Assembly: GCA_012523035.1 (NCBI GenBank)
Contig: JAAYJH010000054.1
Coordinates: 752-64,751 of the forward strand
DNA: 64,000 nucleotides
Direction: 5' to 3'
Origin: Fibrobacter sp.
GTDB lineage: Bacteria; Fibrobacterota; Fibrobacteria; Fibrobacterales; Fibrobacteraceae
Made by a program: the position numbers and the translations under genes. Below are positions 48,012 through 56,302 of the stretch, one piece after another. Below the pieces are notes generated by a model that saw only the letters and a list, made by a program, of their open reading frames with translations, was not told the origin of the DNA and made no database searches. Within the stretch, counting starts at the first letter, position 1, and the number at the start of each line of letters is the position of its first letter.

Positions 48012-48023
48012 ATCGAGGTCAAC

Positions 48024-49052
48024 ATGAATTCTAAAACGATATTAGTGTCTGGTGGCGCAGGTTTTATTGGGGCAAACTTTGTGTTATATATGCTAAAAAA
48101 ACACCCTCAATACAAAATAATTTGTGTCGATGCCTTAACCTATGCTGGCAACTTAAAAACATTAAGCCCAGTGATGGAGAACCCCAATTTTAGTTTTTTT
48201 AAATTAGACATTACAGACAGAAAGGGAATCTTTGAGCTTTTTCAAAGCACAAAGCCAGACATTGTAGTTAATTTTGCAGCAGAGAGTCATGTCGATCGTT
48301 CCATCAAAGACCCTGAAATCTTTTTGAAAACGAATATTCTGGGCACACAAGTCCTTATGGATGCCAGTAGAGAATTTCAAGTAGAGCGATTCCATCAAAT
48401 TTCTACCGACGAAGTTTATGGTGACCTCCCTCTGGACAAGCCCGAACTGTTATTCACAGAAAAAACACCCATTCACACCTCTAGTCCTTATTCTGCAAGT
48501 AAGGCTGCCGCGGATTTATTGGTTTTGGCCTACCACCGTACTTTTAATCTACCTGTGACTATTAGCCGTTGCAGCAACAACTACGGGCCATACCATTTCC
48601 CCGAGAAATTAATCCCTTTAATGATTGTCAATGCCCTTGCAGACAAAGCACTTCCTGTTTATGGCGATGGTCTCAATATACGCGACTGGCTCTATGTCGA
48701 AGACCATTGCTTGGCTGTAGACTTAATTATTCACCATGGTGTGGTAGGCGAAGTTTATAATGTAGGTGGCAACAATGAAGTTTCTAATATTGATATTGTC
48801 AAAATTATTTTAAAAGAACTTCAAAAACCAGAGTCCCTGATTCGATATGTCAAAGATAGAGCCGGACACGATAGACGCTATGCCATTGACCCTACCAAGA
48901 TCCACAATGACTTGGGTTTTTTACCTCAAACTCAATTCAAAGATGGAATTAAAAAAACCATAGCCTGGTATCTAGAAAATAGAGCTTGGTGGGAAGACAT
49001 TTTAAAAGGCGATTATCAAAACTACTTCCAAGAAATGTACCAAGAGATATAG
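48024..49052 (+). CDS. rfbB: dTDP-glucose 4,6-dehydratase
   Basis: GGAGFIGANF and YSASKAAADLL (YxxxK). 342 aa. Confidence 0.95.
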   Translation: MNSKTILVSGGAGFIGANFVLYMLKKHPQYKIICVDALTYAGNLKTLSPVMENPNFSFFKLDITDRKGIFELFQSTKPDIVVNFAAESHVDRSIKDPEIFLKTNILGTQVLMDASREFQVERFHQISTDEVYGDLPLDKPELLFTEKTPIHTSSPYSASKAAADLLVLAYHRTFNLPVTISRCSNNYGPYHFPEKLIPLMIVNALADKALPVYGDGLNIRDWLYVEDHCLAVDLIIHHGVVGEVYNVGGNNEVSNIDIVKIILKELQKPESLIRYVKDRAGHDRRYAIDPTKIHNDLGFLPQTQFKDGIKKTIAWYLENRAWWEDILKGDYQNYFQEMYQEI

Positions 49053-49056
49053 AGCT

Positions 49057-49611
49057 ATGAGTAAATTTAAATTTATTAAAACTCCTATTAGCGGTCTAAG
49101 CATTATTGAGCCCACTGTTTTTGGAGACCACCGTGGGTATTTTATGGAAAGCTTCAGTGCCAAGGAATTTGAAGAGGCAGGCCTTCCAACTTCTTTTGTG
49201 CAAGACAACGAATCGCATTCTAATAAAGGAGTTTTGCGAGGATTACACTTTCAAAAACAAAATCCCCAAGGGAAATTAGTCCGCGTCACTCAAGGCACTG
49301 TTTTTGATGTGGGAGTGGATTTGAGAAAAAACAGTGAGACTTTTGGAAAATGGTATGGAGTGATTTTAAGTGCCGAAAATAAAAAACAATTTTATGTGCC
49401 CGAAGGTTTTGCTCATGGTTATGCAGTCCTGAGTGAAAAGGCTACATTTATTTACAAATGCACTCGATTATATGATCCTACAGATGAAGGCGGACTCCTT
49501 TGGAATTGTCCCCAAATTGGTATTGATTGGCAATTAGGAAATATAAACCCTATTCTAAGCGAAAAAGATTTAAAACTTCCTAATTTAGATGCTTTAGACT
49601 TTAGCTATTAA
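49057..49611 (+). CDS. rfbC: dTDP-4-dehydrorhamnose 3,5-epimerase
   Basis: FGDHRGYFMESF, RGLHFQ and FAHGYAV. 184 aa. Confidence 0.95.
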   Translation: MSKFKFIKTPISGLSIIEPTVFGDHRGYFMESFSAKEFEEAGLPTSFVQDNESHSNKGVLRGLHFQKQNPQGKLVRVTQGTVFDVGVDLRKNSETFGKWYGVILSAENKKQFYVPEGFAHGYAVLSEKATFIYKCTRLYDPTDEGGLLWNCPQIGIDWQLGNINPILSEKDLKLPNLDALDFSY

Positions 49612-49685
49612 AAATACTTTATAAATTATAATCTAAACAGTGTTTCAATAGCTTTTCATCTGGTGTTTTTTTACTTCTATTTCTT

Positions 49686-49778
49686 ATGGGCTATTCTACT
49701 CGCGATAATGCGGAGCACGGTGTGAAAGCCTGTCGAAATAAGGCGGGGACGCGTGCTTGAAACGGAGGAAGAGCCCAT
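49686..49778. other. GC-rich, internally base-paired non-coding element (candidate structured RNA, family unknown)
   Basis: Nested complementary segments: atgggct (49686-92) with agcccat (49772-78), gagcacg (49713-19) with cgtgctt (49752-58), and gcct (49728-31) with aggc (49741-44). My hand count gives about 55% G+C, in an AT-rich convergent intergenic gap. Confidence 0.25.
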
Positions 49779-49867
49779 GCAAAATGGGGTGCACTAAAAC
49801 TTTCAAAGTGCTTGCCAGAATATGTCGCTAATCTCTAAAGACTAAGCGTTTCCAATTTCAAACTAAA

Positions 49868-49892
49868 AAAGCCAGGCGTGTGTGAGACTTCA
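49868..49892 (-). repeat. Right copy of the perfect 25-bp inverted repeat
   Basis: aaagccaggcgtgtgtgagacttca is the exact reverse complement of 44439-44463. Confidence 0.95.
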
Positions 49893-50069
49893 CTAAAAAA
49901 GAGGAAAAAAAGCATAAGCCAGATTGTGAAATGAAAATTTAAGAGGTTTGAAGCAAATATTTCACTTGAATGCTAAAGGGGAAACCTTGTCCTTTGAATT
50001 GACAATAACAACTTAGCAGAAGCTTGTATTCCAAAGGAATTCTTAGTCAAGCATTCAATTTCAGAAAGA

Positions 50070-51443
50070 TTATGACCTGCGATAATCATCTTCTACACGA
50101 ATGATATCATCTTCACCTGTGTATTCACCAACCTGGACTTCGACTATAACCAAAGGAAGTCTACCTTCGTTTTGTAATCGGTGTACTTCTCCTGCTGGAA
50201 TATAAGTCGATTCATTGGGGCGCACCAAAAAAACTTTGCTCCCTACAGTGACCGTGGCTGTGCCGCTGATCACCACCCAATGCTCAGATCGATGCAAATG
50301 TTTTTGCAAAGAAAGCCTTTCACCAGGTTTCACTTCTATCCTTTTCATTTTGTAGCGATAGCCCGATTCTAAAACCGAATAAGTCCCCCACGGACGATTC
50401 ACGGTTTGAGGCACAATAGGTAAATCAGACTTGGCTGCTTTTAACCTCTCCACCACATCCTTTACCTTTTGACTGCTCTGCAAGGGTGCCACCAATAGGG
50501 CGTCTGGAGTGTCTACAATCAGCATGTTGTCTAGATCTACAGTGGCAATGAGTCTTTGTGATCCAATGACTAGAGAGTTTTTGGAGTCTACCGACAAATG
50601 GTTTTCATTGAGATTGTTTGCACTTTTATCTTGTGGGTATTCGTGATAAAGAGAGGCGAAAGAACCTAAATCAGACCAACCGATATCACTAGGTACTACT
50701 TTTACTTTGTTAGACTTTTCCATGACCGCATAGTCAATAGAATTTGCAGGGATTAAAGCCATGTCATCATGCGAGATACGAACTAAGGATCCCTCAACAT
50801 TAGCATTGGAGTGTGCCGTTTGAGCTGCAAGAAAAATATCTGGAGAGTGTTTTTCTAAGTCTTTTAAAAAAACTCCTGCTTTGAAACAAAATATTCCACT
50901 GTTCCAATAAAAATTACCCGCTTTTAAATATTGCTCGGCCTTCTTTTCATTTGGCTTTTCTATGAATCGGATCACATCTTCACCATCGGCTTCGATATAT
51001 CCATAACCTGTTTCCGGTGAAGTGGGTTGGATCCCAAAAGTGACTAAGTTGCCCTCTTTTGCATGTTGACGAGCCTTTTCTACTACTTTATAATAGGCTT
51101 CGGTGTTTTTGATCATATGGTCAGAAGGAGAGACTAAAACCACATCTTCTGGATCTAAACTAAAACAAGCTAGTGCAATAGCAGGAGCAGTGTTTCGACC
51201 CATAGGTTCTAATAAAAAACGAGCCTTGTCTAAAAAAGCCCCTTCCATTTGATCTTTAGCTAAAAAGTATTGATCTGCATTGCTGATTATAAATTGAGAC
51301 TTGCAAAATTTAGAATTTGTTTTTAATACTTTTTGAAATAAAGAAGTACCATCAAACAAACGAGCAAATTGTTTTGGCATTAAAGTTCGACTGATGGGCC
51401 ACAAACGAGTCCCTGAGCCGCCACAAAGAATTAAATTAACCAT
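50070..51443 (-). CDS. manC: Mannose-1-phosphate guanylyltransferase / mannose-6-phosphate isomerase (bifunctional type)
   Basis: LCGGSGTRLWPISR at the N-terminus and a C-terminal cupin (HLHRSEHWVVISGTATVTV). 457 aa. Confidence 0.9.
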   Translation of the reverse strand: MVNLILCGGSGTRLWPISRTLMPKQFARLFDGTSLFQKVLKTNSKFCKSQFIISNADQYFLAKDQMEGAFLDKARFLLEPMGRNTAPAIALACFSLDPEDVVLVSPSDHMIKNTEAYYKVVEKARQHAKEGNLVTFGIQPTSPETGYGYIEADGEDVIRFIEKPNEKKAEQYLKAGNFYWNSGIFCFKAGVFLKDLEKHSPDIFLAAQTAHSNANVEGSLVRISHDDMALIPANSIDYAVMEKSNKVKVVPSDIGWSDLGSFASLYHEYPQDKSANNLNENHLSVDSKNSLVIGSQRLIATVDLDNMLIVDTPDALLVAPLQSSQKVKDVVERLKAAKSDLPIVPQTVNRPWGTYSVLESGYRYKMKRIEVKPGERLSLQKHLHRSEHWVVISGTATVTVGSKVFLVRPNESTYIPAGEVHRLQNEGRLPLVIVEVQVGEYTGEDDIIRVEDDYRRS

Positions 51444-51453
51444 AATACACCAT

Positions 51454-51894
51454 CTATTTTTTTGAGTTTTTTATAAAATCCACCCAATGAGAAGTGAATT
51501 TTTCTATAAACTTCCATGCCATAATAAAAGCACTTTCTGGGCGACGATATGGGTCGGGAATATCCACTTGAGACGGATCTCCATAACGAAAAACTTTTCC
51601 TTTTAGCCATGGATAATGTTCGTGAAGATACTCCACATGCCCCATTTCCATCACTAAAATCAAATCAGCCCATCGTAGCAAGTCCACATTGATTTGCATG
51701 GCCCGATGAGAAGAAATATCTAAACCATTGTTTTTTGCAATAGCAATAGACATTGCATCCGCTGGGTGATCCACCAAAGCTGCTACTCCTGCACTTTTAA
51801 CCACATAATCTTCTCCCAATTCTTTTTGAAGCAAGAAGTGAGCGGTTGGGCTTCTACAAATATTACCAGTACAAAGGACTAAAATATTTTTCAT
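51454..51894 (-). CDS. Low-molecular-weight protein tyrosine phosphatase
   Basis: MKNILVLCTGNICRSP (CX5R P-loop) and a DP loop (DIPDPY). I prefer the start at ATG 51894 over the ORF-track start at 51927. Confidence 0.85.
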   Translation of the reverse strand: MKNILVLCTGNICRSPTAHFLLQKELGEDYVVKSAGVAALVDHPADAMSIAIAKNNGLDISSHRAMQINVDLLRWADLILVMEMGHVEYLHEHYPWLKGKVFRYGDPSQVDIPDPYRRPESAFIMAWKFIEKFTSHWVDFIKNSKK

Positions 51895-51978
51895 AATATC
51901 AAAATAATAAAAAATAAAACAAAACAAAGTCTCCTATATGCAAATGCCCTAAAATCTAAAGATTTATAAGAATTGAAA

Positions 51979-52203
51979 CTAAGGTTTTTCTTTGTTTTTA
52001 TTAGGTTGCTTGTAATAGAAACTCCCGGCTAAACCAACAGCAAGTACTACTATAGCCAGCGTTAAAAAATGATCTACCCACAGCTCTATCGCTTTTGAAA
52101 ACATATGAAGTTCTAAAAGGACCACCAAAACACCACTAACTAACCCCATTAGTAAAGTTATTTTTTGAAAAATTGCCCGTTTATGTTTGTTTGTTTTAGA
52201 CAT
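51979..52203 (-). CDS. Small two-TM membrane protein (74 aa), unknown function
   Basis: Two hydrophobic helices. An 8-nt overlap links it to the upstream UbiA-like gene. Confidence 0.4.
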   Translation of the reverse strand: MSKTNKHKRAIFQKITLLMGLVSGVLVVLLELHMFSKAIELWVDHFLTLAIVVLAVGLAGSFYYKQPNKNKEKP

Positions 52204-53104
52204 AAATCACCCATATGATTAGACCCAGCATCACTAAAAAACTAATGAACACATTGGCCAAAAAAAAGTCTCTATTCATAGTATCTAAATCTTCTGATTT
52301 TCGATACACATGAATATAAAAAATAGAAATAGACATTAAAAGCAAAACCACCCACCAAATCCAACCTAAAGCAAAATAAAATCCAAAAACAAGCCCTGCC
52401 AAAAGCATTAAGATATGACTTCCTAAGGCGATCTGAAGGGCCTTTTTTCTCCCAAATCGTGCCGGAACAGAATGCAAACCCGTTTGAATGTCTATTTCTT
52501 GGTCTTGTGTAGCATAAATAATATCAAAGCCTCCCATCCATAACATTAATATCACACCCAAAAACATAGGTAACAAAGCAAATTCACCTCGAATAGCCAC
52601 CCATGCCCCCAGAGGACTAAGCCCTATCACAAAACCTAGATACCAATGGCATAAAAATGAAAATCGTTTCCAGTAAGAATACGAAAGGAGCAGTAAAAAA
52701 ACTGGCAAAGCACACAATAAAGCTAAGGAATTAAAAAAAGAGGCTATCCCTATAAACAGCAATCCATTGACGATCACAAAAAAAGACACTTGTTTTTTGG
52801 TCATTTTGCCAGCTGGCAAATGCCGTTTAGAAGTGCGTGGGTTTATAGCATCCAAATCAGCATCTACTAATCGATTAAAAGCCATTGCTCCACTTCTTGC
52901 TGTAAACATGGCTGCTACAATTAAAAAAGCTTGAAACAGAGCTTCTGATAATTTATAAGATTTAAAACCATCGGCTGCCACCCACATAGAAGCAATGGCA
53001 AAAGGCAAAGCAAACAAGGTGTGACTGAAGCGTACAAGGCTTCCATATTCTGCGACTTTTTTAAACATGAGTCCCCCAATCAGGTGCCAAGGAATGTGTG
53101 ACAT
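52196..53104 (-). CDS. UbiA-family aromatic prenyltransferase (4-hydroxybenzoate polyprenyltransferase-like)
   Basis: NRLVDADLDAINPRT (NxxxDxxxD) and multiple TM helices. The start could be the internal MFKK at 53068. Confidence 0.8.
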   Translation of the reverse strand: MSHIPWHLIGGLMFKKVAEYGSLVRFSHTLFALPFAIASMWVAADGFKSYKLSEALFQAFLIVAAMFTARSGAMAFNRLVDADLDAINPRTSKRHLPAGKMTKKQVSFFVIVNGLLFIGIASFFNSLALLCALPVFLLLLSYSYWKRFSFLCHWYLGFVIGLSPLGAWVAIRGEFALLPMFLGVILMLWMGGFDIIYATQDQEIDIQTGLHSVPARFGRKKALQIALGSHILMLLAGLVFGFYFALGWIWWVVLLLMSISIFYIHVYRKSEDLDTMNRDFFLANVFISFLVMLGLIIWVIYV

Positions 53105-53618
53105 GAATGTGGCTTAAAACTTTTGCTACAACAGTATCTACCAAATCCTCTATTGTTTTTGGATTTCTGTAAAAAGAAGGGCTTGCAGAGATAATGCTAG
53201 CTCCCGCTTTTTCCAAATTCTGCATATTTTGCAAATGGATGGCATTGTAAGGCATTTCTCTAGGCACAAGCACCAAAGGCCTTCGCTCTTTGAGGCACAC
53301 ATCAGCACTCCTCAGCAATAAATTATCTGCAATTCCAGCACTAATTTTAGCAAGAGAGCCCATGGAGCAAGGGGCCACCACCATAGCCGAATAAGAAGAA
53401 CTGCCACTGGCAGGTTCTTTAAAATAATCATCGATGGGAAATATGGCGTGTGCATATTTATAAAGCTGTTCTTGAGCTTCATGTTTCAGCACTTGCTCTG
53501 CTGTTTTTGTTAAAATCAAATCCACTGGATGCCCTAAATTTTTTAGATGCATAGAAAGTCTTGTGGCATAAATAATACCAGAAGCTCCAGTGACTCCCAA
53601 CAAAATCCGTTTGCTCAT
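53061..53618 (-). CDS. ubiX: Flavin prenyltransferase UbiX
   Basis: MSKRILLGVTGASGIIYA and a flavoprotein fold. The start at 53618 forms an ATGA overlap with the ubiE stop. The ORF-track start at 53690 is unlikely. Confidence 0.85.
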   Translation of the reverse strand: MSKRILLGVTGASGIIYATRLSMHLKNLGHPVDLILTKTAEQVLKHEAQEQLYKYAHAIFPIDDYFKEPASGSSSYSAMVVAPCSMGSLAKISAGIADNLLLRSADVCLKERRPLVLVPREMPYNAIHLQNMQNLEKAGASIISASPSFYRNPKTIEDLVDTVVAKVLSHIHVTHSLAPDWGTHV

Positions 53619-54313
53619 GACTTCACCTCTAATTTTTGTAGTAAAACAGCATAGGCAATGCCCATATCCATTTTTTTTATGCTCACACATTGAAAATTTA
53701 GCCGCTCAGCTAAATCTTGATATTCTTTGACACTTAAAAATTGAAGCACTGAACGCACCAAATACTCATAGGCTTCTTTTTTTTTGCTAAAAATAGAACC
53801 TAAAAAAGGAATGAATAATGGAGCTAAAATTTTATAAAAAAATCGCGAAAAAACATCAATTGGAGAAAAAAACTCTAAGGTTAAAAAATACCCTTTTGGT
53901 TTTAAAAGCCTTTGCACCTCTTCTAAACCTTGTGCGGTATCCAACAAATTTCGCATACCAAATGCATTTAAAATCACATCAAAGGATTGGTCTATAAATG
54001 GTGTTTTTGTGGCATCTAATTGTACTGAAATAAGCTCTTTGGATTTTGCATTCACTTTGGAGAGCATAGCATAAGAAAAATCCCCCACAACGCTCAATTG
54101 AGGGACTCCAAGCTCTTTGGAATAAGTTTTAGAAAAATCTCCTGTGCCTCCGCATAAATCTAATAATTTACAATCCTTTGGAGCTCTATTTTTTAAGAGC
54201 CTAACACTGTGCTTACGCCACGCCACATCTCTAAAAAGACTAAGGGTATGGTTTAAAAAGTCATAGCGGTCTGCAATGCTATCAAACATTTTTTGAATAG
54301 GGGCTTTTGGCAT
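53615..54313 (-). CDS. ubiE: Demethylmenaquinone/ubiquinone C-methyltransferase UbiE/MenG
   Basis: FDSIADRYDFLNHTLSLFRDVAWR, LDLCGGTGDF and NAFGMRN. Confidence 0.85.
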   Translation of the reverse strand: MPKAPIQKMFDSIADRYDFLNHTLSLFRDVAWRKHSVRLLKNRAPKDCKLLDLCGGTGDFSKTYSKELGVPQLSVVGDFSYAMLSKVNAKSKELISVQLDATKTPFIDQSFDVILNAFGMRNLLDTAQGLEEVQRLLKPKGYFLTLEFFSPIDVFSRFFYKILAPLFIPFLGSIFSKKKEAYEYLVRSVLQFLSVKEYQDLAERLNFQCVSIKKMDMGIAYAVLLQKLEVKS

Positions 54314-54345
54314 GCCTTAAAGATAAAAACAATTCTCTTTTTAGA

Positions 54346-56202
54346 CTAGTTTTTAGTGAAAATTGCAGTGTATGTGGCCCCTTCTTTGGGAATAATCCGT
54401 CGAGGATTTTGCTTAGAGCCATCTTTCCAACGCAAGAAACGATTTTTCTTGTTGATGGCTTCAGCCGATATTAGGACTGGATTTTCTTTGAAAAACTTTA
54501 TTTTGTGAGAAGTAATTCCATCGTTTGAAGAAGCAAGAGGTCCCCCTTCTAACAAAACTCGACCATTTCCAACGGATTCAATAGTGATCTCGACTGGATC
54601 CAACAAATTGAACTCTTTCATATAATCTTGCCAAATACTCTTTTGTCGCTCTTTGAGAAACTCCTTAAATACGACACCATCAAAAGTTAAAGGTGGGGTA
54701 TCTCTAGGCCATCGTTTTACATCTCTTTGCAACTCCTCTATTGGCATAGAAGCTACCATAGTATCTATAATAGATTCTACCCGTTCGGGTTCAAAAAAAT
54801 GATGAAATAAGTAAGCAGATCGATTGATAAAAAGTCTTTTAAAATCTGGATTTTCTATTAATTTATTGTAAATAGTCGCAAAACAGCGTTTATCATTACA
54901 AAGAGATCGACCTCCTTGTTTTAACCACATAAACATATTAGTAGTATCCGTAAAACCTTTGACAGACCATTTAAAATTAAAGGCCTGATCTAGATCATAA
55001 AGCACAAATTTCCAAGCATATTCTGGGCTTGCACGCCATGCTCGCACATTATTATTAGGCCAATCTCCATTTCGATAAAAAATTTGTGCCGCTATATAGT
55101 CTGCTAAACTCACTAAATTCACTTCTTTTTGGATGCTTTGATAGGCTTTGCTTTTGGAGTTTTCAAATGAGTTTGAATCTATAAAATCAAAAAGTTCTAT
55201 ATAAGCATCTGGTTTTCCAGCATTTGCTTTTATCCCCCTTTCTATATGCTTTATGGATTCTATTTTTTCTGCGGGAAGCCCATAGTTTGTAGTCACAAAA
55301 TGTTCGTTTGAACGCTCGCGTAAGTCGTGGACTCCAAAATATTCTCCATTATAAAAAACCACGACTTGCCGTGATCTCTGATAATCTACGGTAGAGCCTT
55401 CTAACAAGGCACCCGCGAGCGCATCCCCCATATAATCCCAATAAAATCGATTTCCACTATTCCTTAGATTAAAACTTTTAAAAATAGACGCTTCTGGTCT
55501 AACTTTAAATAAAGGGTAATTTATTCGCCCTTTTTGATATCGTTTGCGCATAGTGATACTCACCGATTTTTTGGGGTTTTCACGGCTCCACTGCCCCATC
55601 ATAGTTAATCCTGCATCCACCTGCCAGGCTTGCTCGGACTGAGAATTTTCAAAAAACTCTATGTGCACTGGTAATTCTATTTTTTTATAATAATTTGCAT
55701 TCCAACAAGGAGAATTAGAGCTAGTTTTTTCGCATTCTTTCACTCCCTTCATATAATATCCATTTTGAGGATCAAACATATCATAGGGGTCCACAGCAAT
55801 GGAAATCACGGGCATCGATACAGTTTCTTTAATAAAATAAGTCCCCGTATAAATTGATTTTTTTAGAAAAGCACCATCAAAGACCCCACAGCGAATCACG
55901 GTTGTTTTCTTTATGCTTGTTTTTTTAAATATGGGGGTGTCTTTTGTTGGAATCGAGCCATCAAAAGAACAACGAAAATCATATTTTTCATGGAGCATAG
56001 GCGCTTCTAATTGAACTTCATTATCATAAAAACCAGGTTTCAGGTCAAAACCCAAAAAAACAGAAGGAGCCTTTTTTTTCTTTAAGTTTTCTGGACTAGC
56101 AGAAGGATTAGAGTCTAAACCAGAAGACGCATCTAACAAAGAAAAGAAGAAAAATAAGCCTATAAAAATTTGCTTAAAATAAAACTTCATGAACTCTCGC
56201 AC
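54346..56202 (-). CDS. Secreted CotH-family protein (618 aa)
   Basis: Signal peptide and an Fn3_assoc-like domain (FRCSFDGSIPTKDTP). The CotH core (FYNGEYFGVHDLRERSNEHF, GDWPNNNVRAWR) is paralogous to the next gene. The C-terminus is an InlB-B-repeat-like domain. Confidence 0.7.
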   Translation of the reverse strand: MREFMKFYFKQIFIGLFFFFSLLDASSGLDSNPSASPENLKKKKAPSVFLGFDLKPGFYDNEVQLEAPMLHEKYDFRCSFDGSIPTKDTPIFKKTSIKKTTVIRCGVFDGAFLKKSIYTGTYFIKETVSMPVISIAVDPYDMFDPQNGYYMKGVKECEKTSSNSPCWNANYYKKIELPVHIEFFENSQSEQAWQVDAGLTMMGQWSRENPKKSVSITMRKRYQKGRINYPLFKVRPEASIFKSFNLRNSGNRFYWDYMGDALAGALLEGSTVDYQRSRQVVVFYNGEYFGVHDLRERSNEHFVTTNYGLPAEKIESIKHIERGIKANAGKPDAYIELFDFIDSNSFENSKSKAYQSIQKEVNLVSLADYIAAQIFYRNGDWPNNNVRAWRASPEYAWKFVLYDLDQAFNFKWSVKGFTDTTNMFMWLKQGGRSLCNDKRCFATIYNKLIENPDFKRLFINRSAYLFHHFFEPERVESIIDTMVASMPIEELQRDVKRWPRDTPPLTFDGVVFKEFLKERQKSIWQDYMKEFNLLDPVEITIESVGNGRVLLEGGPLASSNDGITSHKIKFFKENPVLISAEAINKKNRFLRWKDGSKQNPRRIIPKEGATYTAIFTKN

Positions 56203-56302
56203 TCAATTATACTCTCTTTAGTCCATCTAAAATAAACTCTTTTGATGCAAAGTGTTTGCTAAAGAAGTTTTACAAATGCGAGGGTTCAACTCCGCTGCAT
56301 TA

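Noticed and set aside
49686-49800. Assignment of the GC-rich element to a known RNA family (SRP RNA, RNase P, tmRNA, 6S, or the cobalamin, FMN, glycine, guanidine or c-di-GMP riboswitches).
   Set aside because: The hallmark cores are absent. These include GGAA-tetraloop/AGCA for SRP, GAGGAAAGUCC for RNase P, GCCACUG for cobalamin and GGGUGAAAUUCCC for FMN. The position between two gene 3' ends also argues against a riboswitch. It is left unassigned.
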